Source of the DNA: Octopus sinensis
Taxonomy: Eukaryota
DNA length: 64,000 nt
NCBI RefSeq assembly: GCF_006345805.1
Contig: NC_043011.1
Location: 42,296,464-42,360,463, forward strand
Reading direction: 5' to 3'
The notes under the pieces were generated by a model. That model was not told where the DNA came from, did no database searches, and worked only from the letters and a program-made list of their open reading frames with translations. Position 1 is the stretch's first letter, and each line of letters opens with the position of its first letter. This document shows positions 12,492-23,698 of the stretch, piece by piece. The position numbers and the translations under genes were made by a program.

Positions 12492-13413
12492 GACCGCATC
12501 AGTGGTCCTTTGTTTTCTTCTCACTTATTTGTGTCTCTCCTTACTAACCGTCAGCCATTTTGTATTTCTATTGTATGTCTTCATTTGCGCATGCTTATAT
12601 CTCTATGTGCGTTTATGTTTATTTAGTGTGTGTATGTGGGGTATGCCTGTAATATTTGTATCTTCTGTTTATATATGTTCATGTAATTTGTAATTTTATA
12701 TGTTCATGTAATTTGTATTTTGTATTTTTTTTTGTTTTTTTTGTTTGTTTTTTGTTTTTGTTTTTGTTTATTCTTATTTTGTTCATGTGTTTACATCCAC
12801 CCATTATTATCATTACATATGCTTGTATGTATGTATGTATGTATAACAACAATACTAGTAATAATAATAATAAATTGAATTGAAAAAAAAAAATATTCTG
12901 ATTGTCTGGTTTATATGCTTATACACATGTATTTTTGTATGCATACATACATATATATATGCATACAAAAATACATGTGTATAAGCATATAAACCAGACA
13001 ATCAGAATATTTTTTTTTTCAATTCAATTTATTATTATTATTACTAGTATTGTTGTTATACATACATACATACATACATACAAGCATATGTAATGATAAT
13101 AATGGGTGGATGTAAACACATGAACAAAATAAGAATAAACAAAAACAAAACAAAAAACAAACAAAAAAAACAAAAAAAATACAAAATACAAATTACATGA
13201 ACATATAAAATTACAAATTACATGAACATATATAAACAGAAGATACAAATATTACAGGCATACCCCACATACACACACTAAATAAACATAAACGCACATA
13301 GAGATATAAGCATGCGCAAATGAAGACATACAATAGAAATACAAAATGGCTGACGGTTAGTAAGGAGAGACACAAATAAGTGAGAAGAAAACAAAGGACC
13401 ACTGATGCGGTCA
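12491..13413. repeat. Near-perfect palindrome, about 455-bp arms, about 12-nt loop
   Basis: 12491-12945 is the reverse complement of 12958-13413; the only differences seen are homopolymer lengths. Confidence 0.97.
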
Positions 13414-14223
13414 CAGAAATGTGATGAAAGAACTCTGGCCGAAATAAGATTAAGATTAATGTAAAAAATAAATAACACTGAAGCAAAGTAACACCAAATA
13501 TATAGTGCGTGTGTTTTTATTGGCTAAACTGGCAAAATGACCATTCCGAAATATAACAAAATCAGAATATAGTTATCATTTTATACATCCACATAAAGCA
13601 AACAAATTCAATTGTAAAATCCAAAAGAGTAATTCCTAACTTTTTGTCAAAGCTGAATTTAATCCACAATATTTATGCTTATATTATATGTATATTAAAG
13701 ATTTTCAAAATTATTAGGGGTTAGGGGGCGGTTATTTTAAATCAAGCTATTTCTAATTGGCTAATTCATTTGAACTTATCCGCTTGATCTGTTGTAAAAA
13801 ATAGGAGGTCAGATTATTAGTTAAATAAATGTACTCAAGTGGGTTAGTACATTCACACATACTTTATACATAACTATATACTAAATAACAAGTGTAAATA
13901 TATATCAATATACATAAATATATGGATATATCTACAAACAAATACAAGTACATAAAGAATATACAAATATGTACACACAAATAAACACTTATATATATAT
14001 ATATATATATAGTTTTTGCTAGAATATATATATATATAAATAGAATATATTTATATATATATAAACATATGCACTTACATATACATATATTACACACATA
14101 TACATACATATACAAATAACAATATGCCCATAACCCATTACAATTTCTGTACTCCTAAATATAATAAAGTAAAAGTGCTCATTATAACTAGTTGCATTTA
14201 TTTCAAAGGGTATTTTATAAGTA

Positions 14224-16915
14224 CTATTTATATCTGGAGAAAGTATACCCAATTTTATGGAGACATGAGGCATTACGTTCCTTAAAATTGTTAATAATCG
14301 GTAAATTACTCCTAATTATAAAGAAAATCTCGTTAATGCATAATGAGCGTTTTCTATTTTTCTGGTGCAGATATAAGTATTTTCCATTGTAAATTATAAT
14401 TTATTTTTTTATCCTTAAGTTCCCATATATATGCACTTAACCCTGTAGAATTACTCCTATTTCTATTTCTAAAAGTATATCTGTGCTAATTAAGTCTCTG
14501 TTTCAAATTATTCTTAGTAGCCTCGATATAGACTCTCTTATCAAATTGTGTATTTACTATACATTGATATACTACCTCCTTCCTCTTGCAGTCATTCTTA
14601 AATACACAATTTTTTCTAATCCTATAATTGCACCTATTAATTTGTTGTAGATGCTTTACTTTATTATGGTTAATTGTTACTGCATTATTATCATTATTTT
14701 AATGATTAATATTGTTATCATTATTACTTACTATTCCCATATCCACCGGCAGATTATTATTGGTATTATTGTTCTTATTTCTGTTATATTTTATGTTATT
14801 ATTACCTATAGTGTTATCATTACTAATTCTATTAATATTGTCCATGTTATTATTACTCGTTATAGTATTTCTATTAATATTATTGTCATTTCGATTAATA
14901 TTATTTATTCGCCAGCCTCGTCTGGCACCTGTGTCGGTGGCACATAAAATCACCCACTACACTCTCGGAGTGGTTGGCATTAGGAAGGGCATCCAGCTGT
15001 AGAAACACTGCCAGATCTGACTGGCCTGGTGCAGCCTTCGGGCTTCCCAGACCCCAGTTGAACCGTCCAACCCATGCTAGCATGGAAAGCGGACGTTAAA
15101 CGATGATGATGATGATGATGATATTATTATTATTATTATATCTTATGGTATTGTAAGACACATTTGTGTTACCTAAATTATTTTTTTCTATTTAGATAGA
15201 AATAATTAAGTTTTTTTATTGTTAATTGAGGATATGATGGTGGCCAGATTATGAGTTAGACTATATCCTATTCTTATAGTTTTATTATTAATTATCTCCC
15301 AATATTTGTTCTTTCCTTTTCCAAATTGCTTGTTTATTAAATTGAAAATATTTTTTACTATGTTATTTTTTATTTGCATAGCATAAGGAATTATTAACCA
15401 CAGTGTATCTATTACATTATTTTGATTATAAGGTTTTTCTATATTATCTATCATTTCCCTATTCTTATTATTTCTTCTATAATTTCTATAATCAATAGAA
15501 TTTTTATTATTATAATTTTGACTAAATGCTTTATTGTAGTTATTGTTATTATAATAACTCTTATTAACTTTATTATTTCTATTATTATTATTATTATTAT
15601 TATTTAATATATGATCTCTAATCCTATTTATACTATTACTAGTATTATTTTTATTCATATTTATATCATTTTTGTGATTATTCTTTTTATTTGGATTATT
15701 GTTATGCATGTCTAATCAGTGTTTATTAGTAGTTGTTAATTTATTCCTAGTATTAAGGTTGTTATTGGGGATAAATTTTATTTTACCACTATAACCTGCC
15801 CTATGTAATGTGGAGTTATACTTTTCACTATGTCTATTAAATATCTCTTCATTCAAAGAAAGGTTAGAAATCCTTTTACTTATGCTTAGTAGTAGTAGTG
15901 CTTTTTTAATTTGTGGAGGGTGATTACTAGAGCTATTTATATATCTTAAATTGGAACTTTGTTTCACATAAGGTTCATGGAGACCAGTATTAGGGTTACA
16001 ATTAACATCGAGATAATTAATAGAATAATTTTCATTTTCTATAGTAATGGATAGGCCAAAACTCTTTAAAAATTTATGCAAGCATTTCTTGAGTATTTCT
16101 AGTCTTCTATTTGATAGTTTCCTAACTAAAAATAAAGCGTTGTCTCAATTCAGGGAATTCTCTACTTAAATTATCTAATAAATAAATCCCAACCAAATAC
16201 GTCGTTTTCCGCTGAATCCGGCGAACCCATTGTAATGTCAAATAAGTCAGGCGTATCCTTTCTAGCCCATAATTTATTATCAAATTCTATAACAGTTTTT
16301 CTTGCCGTCAAAATTACCTTAATTTCCTTCATGCTAATATTAGTATATTTTCATGCTTTGTTAAGTATTATTGGGTTAATTGATGAATAATAATTTTGGA
16401 TATCAAATTGGATTAATTTATGGTTATAACCGTTATCAACCTTAATACTGGAAAACCATTCCAATGCACCTTGTGTGTTCTGCCATAAATTAAGCTTAAT
16501 TATATTTCTAATAATAGGTATATATTTATCCAGAATTAATTTACTTAATTTGCCTAAGTCCGATTTATTTGGACAGATACTAAACTGTGTAGTATTAAGG
16601 AAATTATCTTTTTGGTCCTTAATCGTTATCCGTGGTATAATTGGAGTAAAAGGTTCTGTTTTATCTTCTAAATTATAATCATACGTAATATTTCTAGCTT
16701 CCAAATTCAATTTTCTAAGTGTATCAAAAGGTACAACCTTATATTTTTTTGTAATTTCTCTGAGTAATAGTTCATGGTAAGTTTGAGTGTCAATGTTGTA
16801 TATAATACTAGTTTTATCCGAATGAGTTAAGATACCATCTTTACTCTTAAGAGTTCTGATAATTTCCTTCAGTTTTCTCTGGTATGTATTATGCCTTAGT
16901 GGATGATTCTTGAAA
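14224..16915 (-). pseudogene. Penelope-like RT-GIY-YIG polyprotein pseudogene
   Basis: Multiple frameshifts and stops. The catalytic YRDD region is reduced to agacaacgct, and an RTE-tail insertion at 14906-15120 interrupts the ORF. Confidence 0.88.
14906..15120 (+). mobile_element. RTE-tail element inserted into the Penelope-like ORF
   Basis: Close match to the reverse complement of 38822-39015; ends in (GAT)n. Confidence 0.9.
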
Positions 16916-17000
16916 ATTTGTTTATTGTTTATTTTTTATATATTAAGTAATATGTGTATCATGTTTAGTATATTAATATTAATATTTTTAAAGTTCTTTA

Positions 17001-17142
17001 TAATCTCTGACGAGGCCTATGTTTTTTTTAATATATAAGTATTATATTTTTTAAATGCCTACAACCTTAGTATGTTGACATCTATAGGCAATGAAAATTA
17101 AATTTACTTTTGACCATAGGCTGAAACAGCTGTAAGAAGTAA
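17001..17142 (+). ncRNA. Minimal type I hammerhead with intact core (GUA triplet), palindromic stem III and long loop II
   Basis: UCU-CUGACGA(17007)-GGCCUAUG...CAUAGGCU-GAAAC-AGCU-GUA-AGA; ACAGCUGU is self-complementary. The twin at about 11830-11965 (-) has GUA>GAA and an 11-nt deletion in stem I. Confidence 0.7.
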
Positions 17143-17191
17143 TCCTTAGGATTTCATTAATTTATACTATGACTTTTAAAATCTGTATTTG

Positions 17192-17230
<39 letters not shown>

Positions 17231-17569
17231 CATCTAAGATAGGATAAAATTTTTCGAAAAAAATTTTATCAATGGCCAGCATATTAAAAAATACCTTTAA
17301 AGGTTAAATTTATAAATAACTTACAAAACAAGGGCAAAAGAAAAAAATTCTAATGCCAAATATGCCGAAAATAGACAAATTGTCAATAACCATTATAATT
17401 TATCACTATTAACATGTGTCTCGAAACTAGCCGACAGAAATTTCTAAAAAATTCCGTTATTACCGTATTGGTCCCAATTTCAGAGTTAATTCATAAGAAT
17501 TTTCTCCTCGTCAGCGATAAATACATAAGACATAAATGAAATACTTACTCATACCCATGGAAAGGGTGG

Positions 17570-17900
17570 GCCATGTTGTCTGAATGAGTGGTGAAAGAAT
17601 ACCTAAAATCCTTGTGTACAACCAGCTTAAGAGTGGGCACAGGAACGCTGGTCGACCATGGCTCAGATATAAGGACAAGCTGAAGAGTAACCTCTTAGCA
17701 GTGAAAGTAGCACACAATGCCTTTGAGTGAATAGAATGGAGACCACTGTGTCAAAATGATATAAGAAACTTTGCCGGAACTAGCATTAACAGACTTTGGG
17801 GGGCAAAGCAAAGGAGAAAAGTGGCTGCAAATATATCACCTGCACAGACCTGTAATCCTAATACTTGCAGGATCTGTGGCCGTTTTTGCAAATAGTTGGT
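17570..17900 (+). mobile_element. Old RTE/BovB-type LINE 3' fragment
   Basis: GHVV*MSGERIPKILVYNQLKSGHRNAGRPWLRYKDKLKSNL, then a CRICGRFC-like zinc-finger remnant. Confidence 0.75.
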
Positions 17901-18219
17901 GGGATTTAAATGTCACGTTCGACATAAGCATTGTGACTGACAAAGAAAGAGTAGGTTGTCAGAGCCTCATACAGGAGAGCCATCATATATACAATCATCA
18001 TTTGCATGGATGGGATAAAATTTGTTGAGGTAGATTTTCTGTGGTTGAATACCTTTCCCACTGTCAACCCCCATCTGTTTCCAAATAAGGTAATATTTTC
18101 CCAGACATTTTTATGGAACTTGGAATTGAAGGACACTGCTTTCATAATAGTAGCACTTGTTTACAGTTTTGCAAATTCAAGGCAGAGTAACACACACACA
18201 CATATACATATATGTGACA

Positions 18220-18450
18220 GGCAGCGAGCTGGCAGAATCGTTAGCATGCCGGGCGAAATGCGTAGTCATATTTCATCTGCCGTTAGGTTCTGAGTTCAAA
18301 TTCCGCCGAGGTCAACTTTGCCTTTCATCCTTTCGGAGTCGATAAATTAAGTACCAGTTACGCACTGGGTCGATGTAATCGACTTAATCCGTTTGTCTGT
18401 CCTTGTTTGTCCCCTCTATGTTTAGCCCCTTGTAGGCAATAAAGAAACAC
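18220..18450 (+). mobile_element. tRNA-derived SINE, family B, well-preserved copy (others at about 5450-5650 -, 6900-7075 -, 27070-27210 -, 37510-37735 -, 51550-51680 +)
   Basis: Pol III A box (tggcagaatcgtt) and B box (gagttcaaattcc), then a conserved body and an A-rich end. Confidence 0.9.
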
Positions 18451-18567
18451 ATATACATATATGTGACAAGCTTCTTCCATTTTGCATCTCCCAAATTCAC
18501 AGAGTTTTGGTTAGCCTGGAACTATGATAGAAGACACTTGCCACACTGCGGGATTGAACCTGAAACT

Positions 18568-18780
18568 ACGAGGGAGATTCCTGACTTTAAGAGTATTACA
18601 AAAGACCTGGTTGGAGGCTCAAACTTCCAAGATCTTTTACAGGGCTTAGAAGAATTGACAGACCATTGCAATGAGTGTGTGAATCTGAGAGGGGAACATG
18701 TTGAATAAAATCATAATTAACTGATCCTCTAGAATTTTCTTTTATCCAAAAAACAAGATCTCTTCAGCACCCTCCTGTAT
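18568..18780 (+). mobile_element. Mariner-derived MITE (also once per 617-bp unit at 29440-29660 etc., and at about 44740-44897 -)
   Basis: Imperfect TIRs; internal DHCNECVNLRGEHVE* resembles the mariner transposase C-terminus. Confidence 0.75.
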
Positions 18781-18868
18781 GTTGTTGGGGAGCCATGCCT
18801 GTGCCCATGTGTGTGTACATGTGTGCGTGCGTGCATAAAGCTATGATTCAAAACCAGTTGTAACTCAC

Positions 18869-19032
18869 TTATAGACAATATCCATCTTGTATGTTGTATT
18901 GTCTGGTGGTAGATCAGACCAAGGAGCAAATTTTAGTTTGGGACCAGAAAACCAGTTGCTGATGTTGGTGTTGGTGGCTGCAAACTTCAAGGTGAGGACA
19001 TCTTTATCAGCTTTTCTCAGAACTATTTTCAC
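18869..19032 (-). CDS. Coding exon 3 of the same gene
   Basis: Acceptor tttctctctttcttctccaag|GTG (phase 0, matches exon 2) and donor AA|GTGAGT (phase 2); 164 nt. Encodes VKIVLRKADKDVLTLKFAATNTNISNWFSGPKLKFAPWSDLPPDNTTYKMDIVY. Confidence 0.8.
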
Positions 19033-19541
19033 CTTGGAGAAGAAAGAGAGAAATTGAGATGATAAAGTTATGGTGAGACCCATGATGCAGGGGGTAGGGT
19101 GGAGAGTATTCGAAAATAGATTTCCTTCTTGCTTGCTTTCTTTCTTTACTGTATCTCTATCTCTTCACTCCCCACTCTCTTTTCTTATCCTTGTTTGTTT
19201 GTGTTTCTCTCTTATTCTTGTTTTTATTTATTTATTTCTTTTACTCCCTGGTTCACAAGGAAGGGTCAGTACCCCATGGTCCTTCACAGGTTCCCCATAT
19301 TAGTGACACCATTAGTGTTCCTCTTGAGCCATTGTATATTAACCTCTGCAAGAAACAAAGGCAAGGGGAGAATTCCAGTGGGAGGACATTCTGGTGAAGA
19401 AGGACCAGACTGGTTTTCCACCTAAGTCTCTCCATGCCCCCCCCATATATACTATTTTTTCTTGATCCCTTCTTGTGTCTATATTTCTTTCTTCCTTCTT
19501 GCAACCCTCCCCCATAAAACGGTGGGAATTTAGTTGTCAAC

Positions 19542-19585
<44 letters not shown>

Positions 19586-20124
19586 ACGGGCTTCTTTCAG
19601 TTTCCGTCTACCAAATCCACTCACAAGGCTTTGGCTGGCCCTAGGCTACAGTAGAAGACACTTGCTCAATGTGTCACATAGGGGGACTGAACCCAGAACC
19701 ATGTGGTTGGTAAGCAAGCTACTTACCACACAGTCACGCCTGTGCCTACCCACACAGCCACACTTTTAAGAGATTTGAACTCAAGACCTGTCATTTACTT
19801 ACTCAATACTTTATTCCTATACACACATCATTCACTTCTTTTATTTGTTTCAGTCAATGGACTGTGGCCATGCTGGGGCACAGCATTCAAGGGTTTAATC
19901 GAACTAATTGATACCAGGACTGCTTTTTTTTTCAAAGTCTGGTCCTTATTTTATTAGTCTTTGTTTCCTAACTTCTAAGCCATGAGGATGTAAACAAACT
20001 AACACTGGTTGTCAAGTGGTGTGGGGTGTAATACAAATACACACACATACATATACACACATGTATGTATGTATGTATATATACATACTCACACACATAG
20101 ATACATATTTTATACATCTGTATA

Positions 20125-20155
<31 letters not shown>

Positions 20156-20548
20156 TGTGTGTGTACACACACACACACACAAACATACATATTTATATAT
20201 ATGCAAATGTATACATGAGAGAGTGACCCCCTTCGGTCATGAATGACCATGGGATTGCACCTAGAAAGTTACTCTTCAAAGCACAAGCCTGGGCAAAGTT
20301 GTTTTTATGGAAGACTAGCAGTCACCCATGCATACAAGCCTACCCTCTCCCTACAAATGATGTCATCCAAGAGAAAGGCAAAAGGCAACTCATTTCTGCA
20401 GTGGAGTGAACTGGAGCAACGTGAAATAAAGTGTCTTGCTCAAGAACACAATACACAGCCCTGTCTGGGAATCAAACTCACTGTTTCGTGATTGTGAGCC
20501 TGACACCTGAACCACTGAACCATGCACCTTTGCTAAATGTATGTATGT

Positions 20549-20581
<33 letters not shown>

Positions 20582-21401
20582 TGCATGCGTGGGTCGTTGC
20601 CAGCACCGCCTGACTGGCTACCATGCTGGTGGCATGTAAAAGCACCCACTACACTTTTGGAGTGGTTGGTATTAGGAAGGGCAACCAGCTGTAGAAACAT
20701 TGCCAGATCAGATTGGAGCCTGGTGCGCCTTCCTGGCTTGCCAGTCCCCAGTCAAACCATCGAACCCATGCCAGCATGGAAAACGAACATTAAACGATGA
20801 TGATGATATATAATTAATTCATTTAAAAAATAGAAAAAAAAGACAAGAGAAAAACAACAACGTGAGGATGTGAAGATAACTAATGAAAGATGAAGGAAAT
20901 GAAATAAGAAAAACGAAACCCTTGAAAGAAGAATTAATAAAAATAAATGGTGTTGCAGAGTGGAAGTGAACTCAGAACCATGTGATTGGGAAGCAAAGTG
21001 CTTAACCATATTATACATACACACTGGGAACTCTATTATTATAATCACTTAAGTTATCAAATAGTTATTATTATCATATTTAGTCTCAAACAAGCTCAAG
21101 TTATCCTTATAACACCAACTTAATGTTATCAGCCACTTATTGTTATCGAAAAGGTTCTGCCAGAAACTGATTATAAGAAGTGGCTCAGCTGCCCCTTTTT
21201 AGGTGCTAAACATGGTTGACCTTAACCAGAGTCTCCTTTTATCTGATTGTAGTGAGTGAGTTGAGGGAGATTTGACTACTATTTCTGGCAAGTTTAGAGA
21301 TTCTTTCCCATTAGTTCGTTTCCACCTCGTTACAGACACTTGATGCTGCTCAGTCCACAGTGAGGTATGAGTGGCTCAAAAACCTGGATATTAAATTAAC
21401 T

Positions 21402-23698
21402 CATACAGGGCCTTCAATATTAGAAACTGTACTGCAGCATCCCTCCACAGAGTTACTCAACACGATAGGCGCTATAGTGTCCTTCCTTGGGGGGATCACT
21501 CAATTTGATAGAAATAGCATACAAATCTCCGTAAGATCCCTCCTTACAGTATTAAAATTGGAAGGACTTATTGTAAGGCATCAATTATTTCTTAGTAGCC
21601 TCGATATAGACCAGTTACGTTGGGATGATCATGGCTGGAACACTTTTGATCACAAGTCTGTTCAATAAAAGCTGCCCTAGGACTGAACAATATGTGTGAC
21701 ATGCATTTTAACTTGGGTTGCTTTGAAATGCATACAGGGCCTTCATATTAGAAACTGTACTGTAGCATCCCTCCACAGAGTTACTCAACACGATAGGCGC
21801 TATAGTGTCCTTCCTTGGGGGGATCACTCATTTGATAGAAATAGCATACAAATCTCCGTAAGATCCCTCCTTACAGTATTAAAATTGGAAGGACTTATTG
21901 TAAGGCATCAATTATTTCTTAGTAGCCTCAATATAGACCAGTTACGTTGGGATGATCATGGCTGGAACACTTTTGATCACAAGTCTGTTCAATAAAAGCT
22001 GCCCTAGGACTGAACAATATGTGTGACATGCATTTTAACTTGGGTTGCTTTGAAATGCATACAGGGCCTTCAATATTAGAAACTGTACTGTAGCATCCCT
22101 CCACAGAGTTACTCAACACGATAGGCGCTATAGTGTCCTTCCTTGGGGGGATCACTCAATTTGATAGAAATAGCATACAAATCTCCGTAAGATCCCTCCT
22201 TACAGTATTAAAATTGGAAGGACTTATTGTAAGGCATCAATTATTTCTTAGTAGCCTCGATATAGACCAGTTACGTTGGGATGATCATGGCTGGAACACT
22301 TTTGATCACAAGTCTGTTCAATAAAAGCTGCCCTAGGACTGAACAATATGTGTGACATGCATTTTAACTTGGGTTGCTTTGAAATGCATACAGGGCCTTC
22401 AATATTAGAAACTGTACTGTAGCATCCCTCCACAGAGTTACTCAACACGATAGGCGCTATAGTGTCCTTCCTTGGGGGGATCACTCAATTTGATAGAAAT
22501 AGCATACAATCTCCGTAAGATCCCTCCTTACAGTATTAAAATTGGAAGGACTTATTGTAAGGCATCAATTATTTCTTAGTAGCCTCGATATAGACCAGTT
22601 ACGTTGGGATGATCATGGCTGGAACACTTTTGATCACAAGTCTGTTCAATAAAAGCTGCCCTAGGACTGAACAATATGTGTGACATGCATTTTAACTTGG
22701 TTGCTTTGAAATGCATACAGGGCCTTCAATATTAGAACTGTACTGTAGCATCCCTCCACAGAGTTACTCACACGATAGGCGCTATAGTGTCCTTCCTTGG
22801 GGGGATCACTCAATTTGATAGAAATAGCATACAAATCTCCGTAAGATCCCTCCTTACAGTATTAAAATTGGAAGGACTTATTGTAAGGCATCAATTATTT
22901 CTTAGTAGCCTCGATATAGACCAGTTACGTTGGGATGATCATGGCTGGAACACTTTTGATCACAAGTCTGTTCAATAAAAGCTGCCCTAGGACTGAACAA
23001 TATGTGTGACATGCATTTTAACTTGGGTTGCTTTGAAATGCATACAGGGCCTTCAATATTAGAAACTGTACTGCAGCATCCCTCCACAGAGTTACTCAAC
23101 ACGATAGGCGCTATAGTGTCCTTCCTTGGGGGGATCACTCAATTTGATAGAAATAGCATACAAATCTCCGTAAGATCCCTCCTTACAGTATTAAAATTGG
23201 AAGGACTTATTGTAAGGCATCAATTATTTCTTAGTAGCCTCGATATAGACCAGTTACGTTGGGATGATCATGGCTGGAACACTTTTGATCACAAGTCTGT
23301 TCAATAAAAGCTGCCCTAGGACTGAACAATATGTGTGACATGCATTTTAACTTGGGTTGCTTTGAAATGCATACAGGGCCTTCAATATTAGAAACTGTAC
23401 TGTAGCATCCCTCCACAGAGTTACTCAACACGATAGGCGCTATAGTGTCCTTCCTTGGGGGGATCACTCAATTTGATAGAAATAGCATACAAATCTCCGT
23501 AAGATCCCTCCTTACAGTATTAAAATTGGAAGGACTTATTGTAAGGCATCAATTATTTCTTAGTAGCCTCGATATAGACCAGTTACGTTGGGATGATCAT
23601 GGCTGGAACACTTTTGATCACAAGTCTGTTCAATAAAAGCTGCCCTAGGACTGAACAATATGTGTGACATGCATTTTAACTTGGGTTGCTTTGAAATG
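21402..23698. repeat. Tandem array of seven 327-329-bp units in intron 2 of the minus-strand gene
   Basis: Unit starts (catacaggg) at 21402, 21731, 22058, 22387, 22714, 23041, 23370. Units differ by single-base deletions and a few substitutions. Confidence 0.98.

Larger units (their letters stand above)
11770..17186 (-). mobile_element. Decayed Penelope-like retroelement (RT + C-terminal GIY-YIG), 5'-truncated, bracketed by inverted about 265-bp terminal repeats
   Basis: Minus-strand motifs in order: HSDKTS; ITIKDQKDNF; FDIQNYYSSI; FDITMGSPDSAE; YLDV..SSNHPPQIKK; NKTIRIGYS; VVYQCIV..VYIEAT..LSAYIWELK..WKIL. 11770-12032 is the reverse complement of 16916-17186. Confidence 0.9.

Noticed and set aside
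18220-18310. tRNA-like A/B boxes here and in other SINE heads
   Set aside because: No cloverleaf; the heads run straight into SINE bodies present in many diverged copies.
21455-21545. Minus-strand GDLYAISIKLSDPPKEGHYSAYRV in the array unit, resembling a ubiquitin-specific protease His box; also HPNVTGLY, resembling a kinase motif
   Set aside because: Flanked by stops on both sides, lacks the H.G and downstream W..FDD motifs, and the kinase spacing is wrong; treated as coincidence unless an HMM search says otherwise.
21402-23698. Tandem array as a CRISPR-like repeat-spacer array
   Set aside because: Units are identical along their whole length with no variable spacers, there are no cas genes, and the context is eukaryotic.
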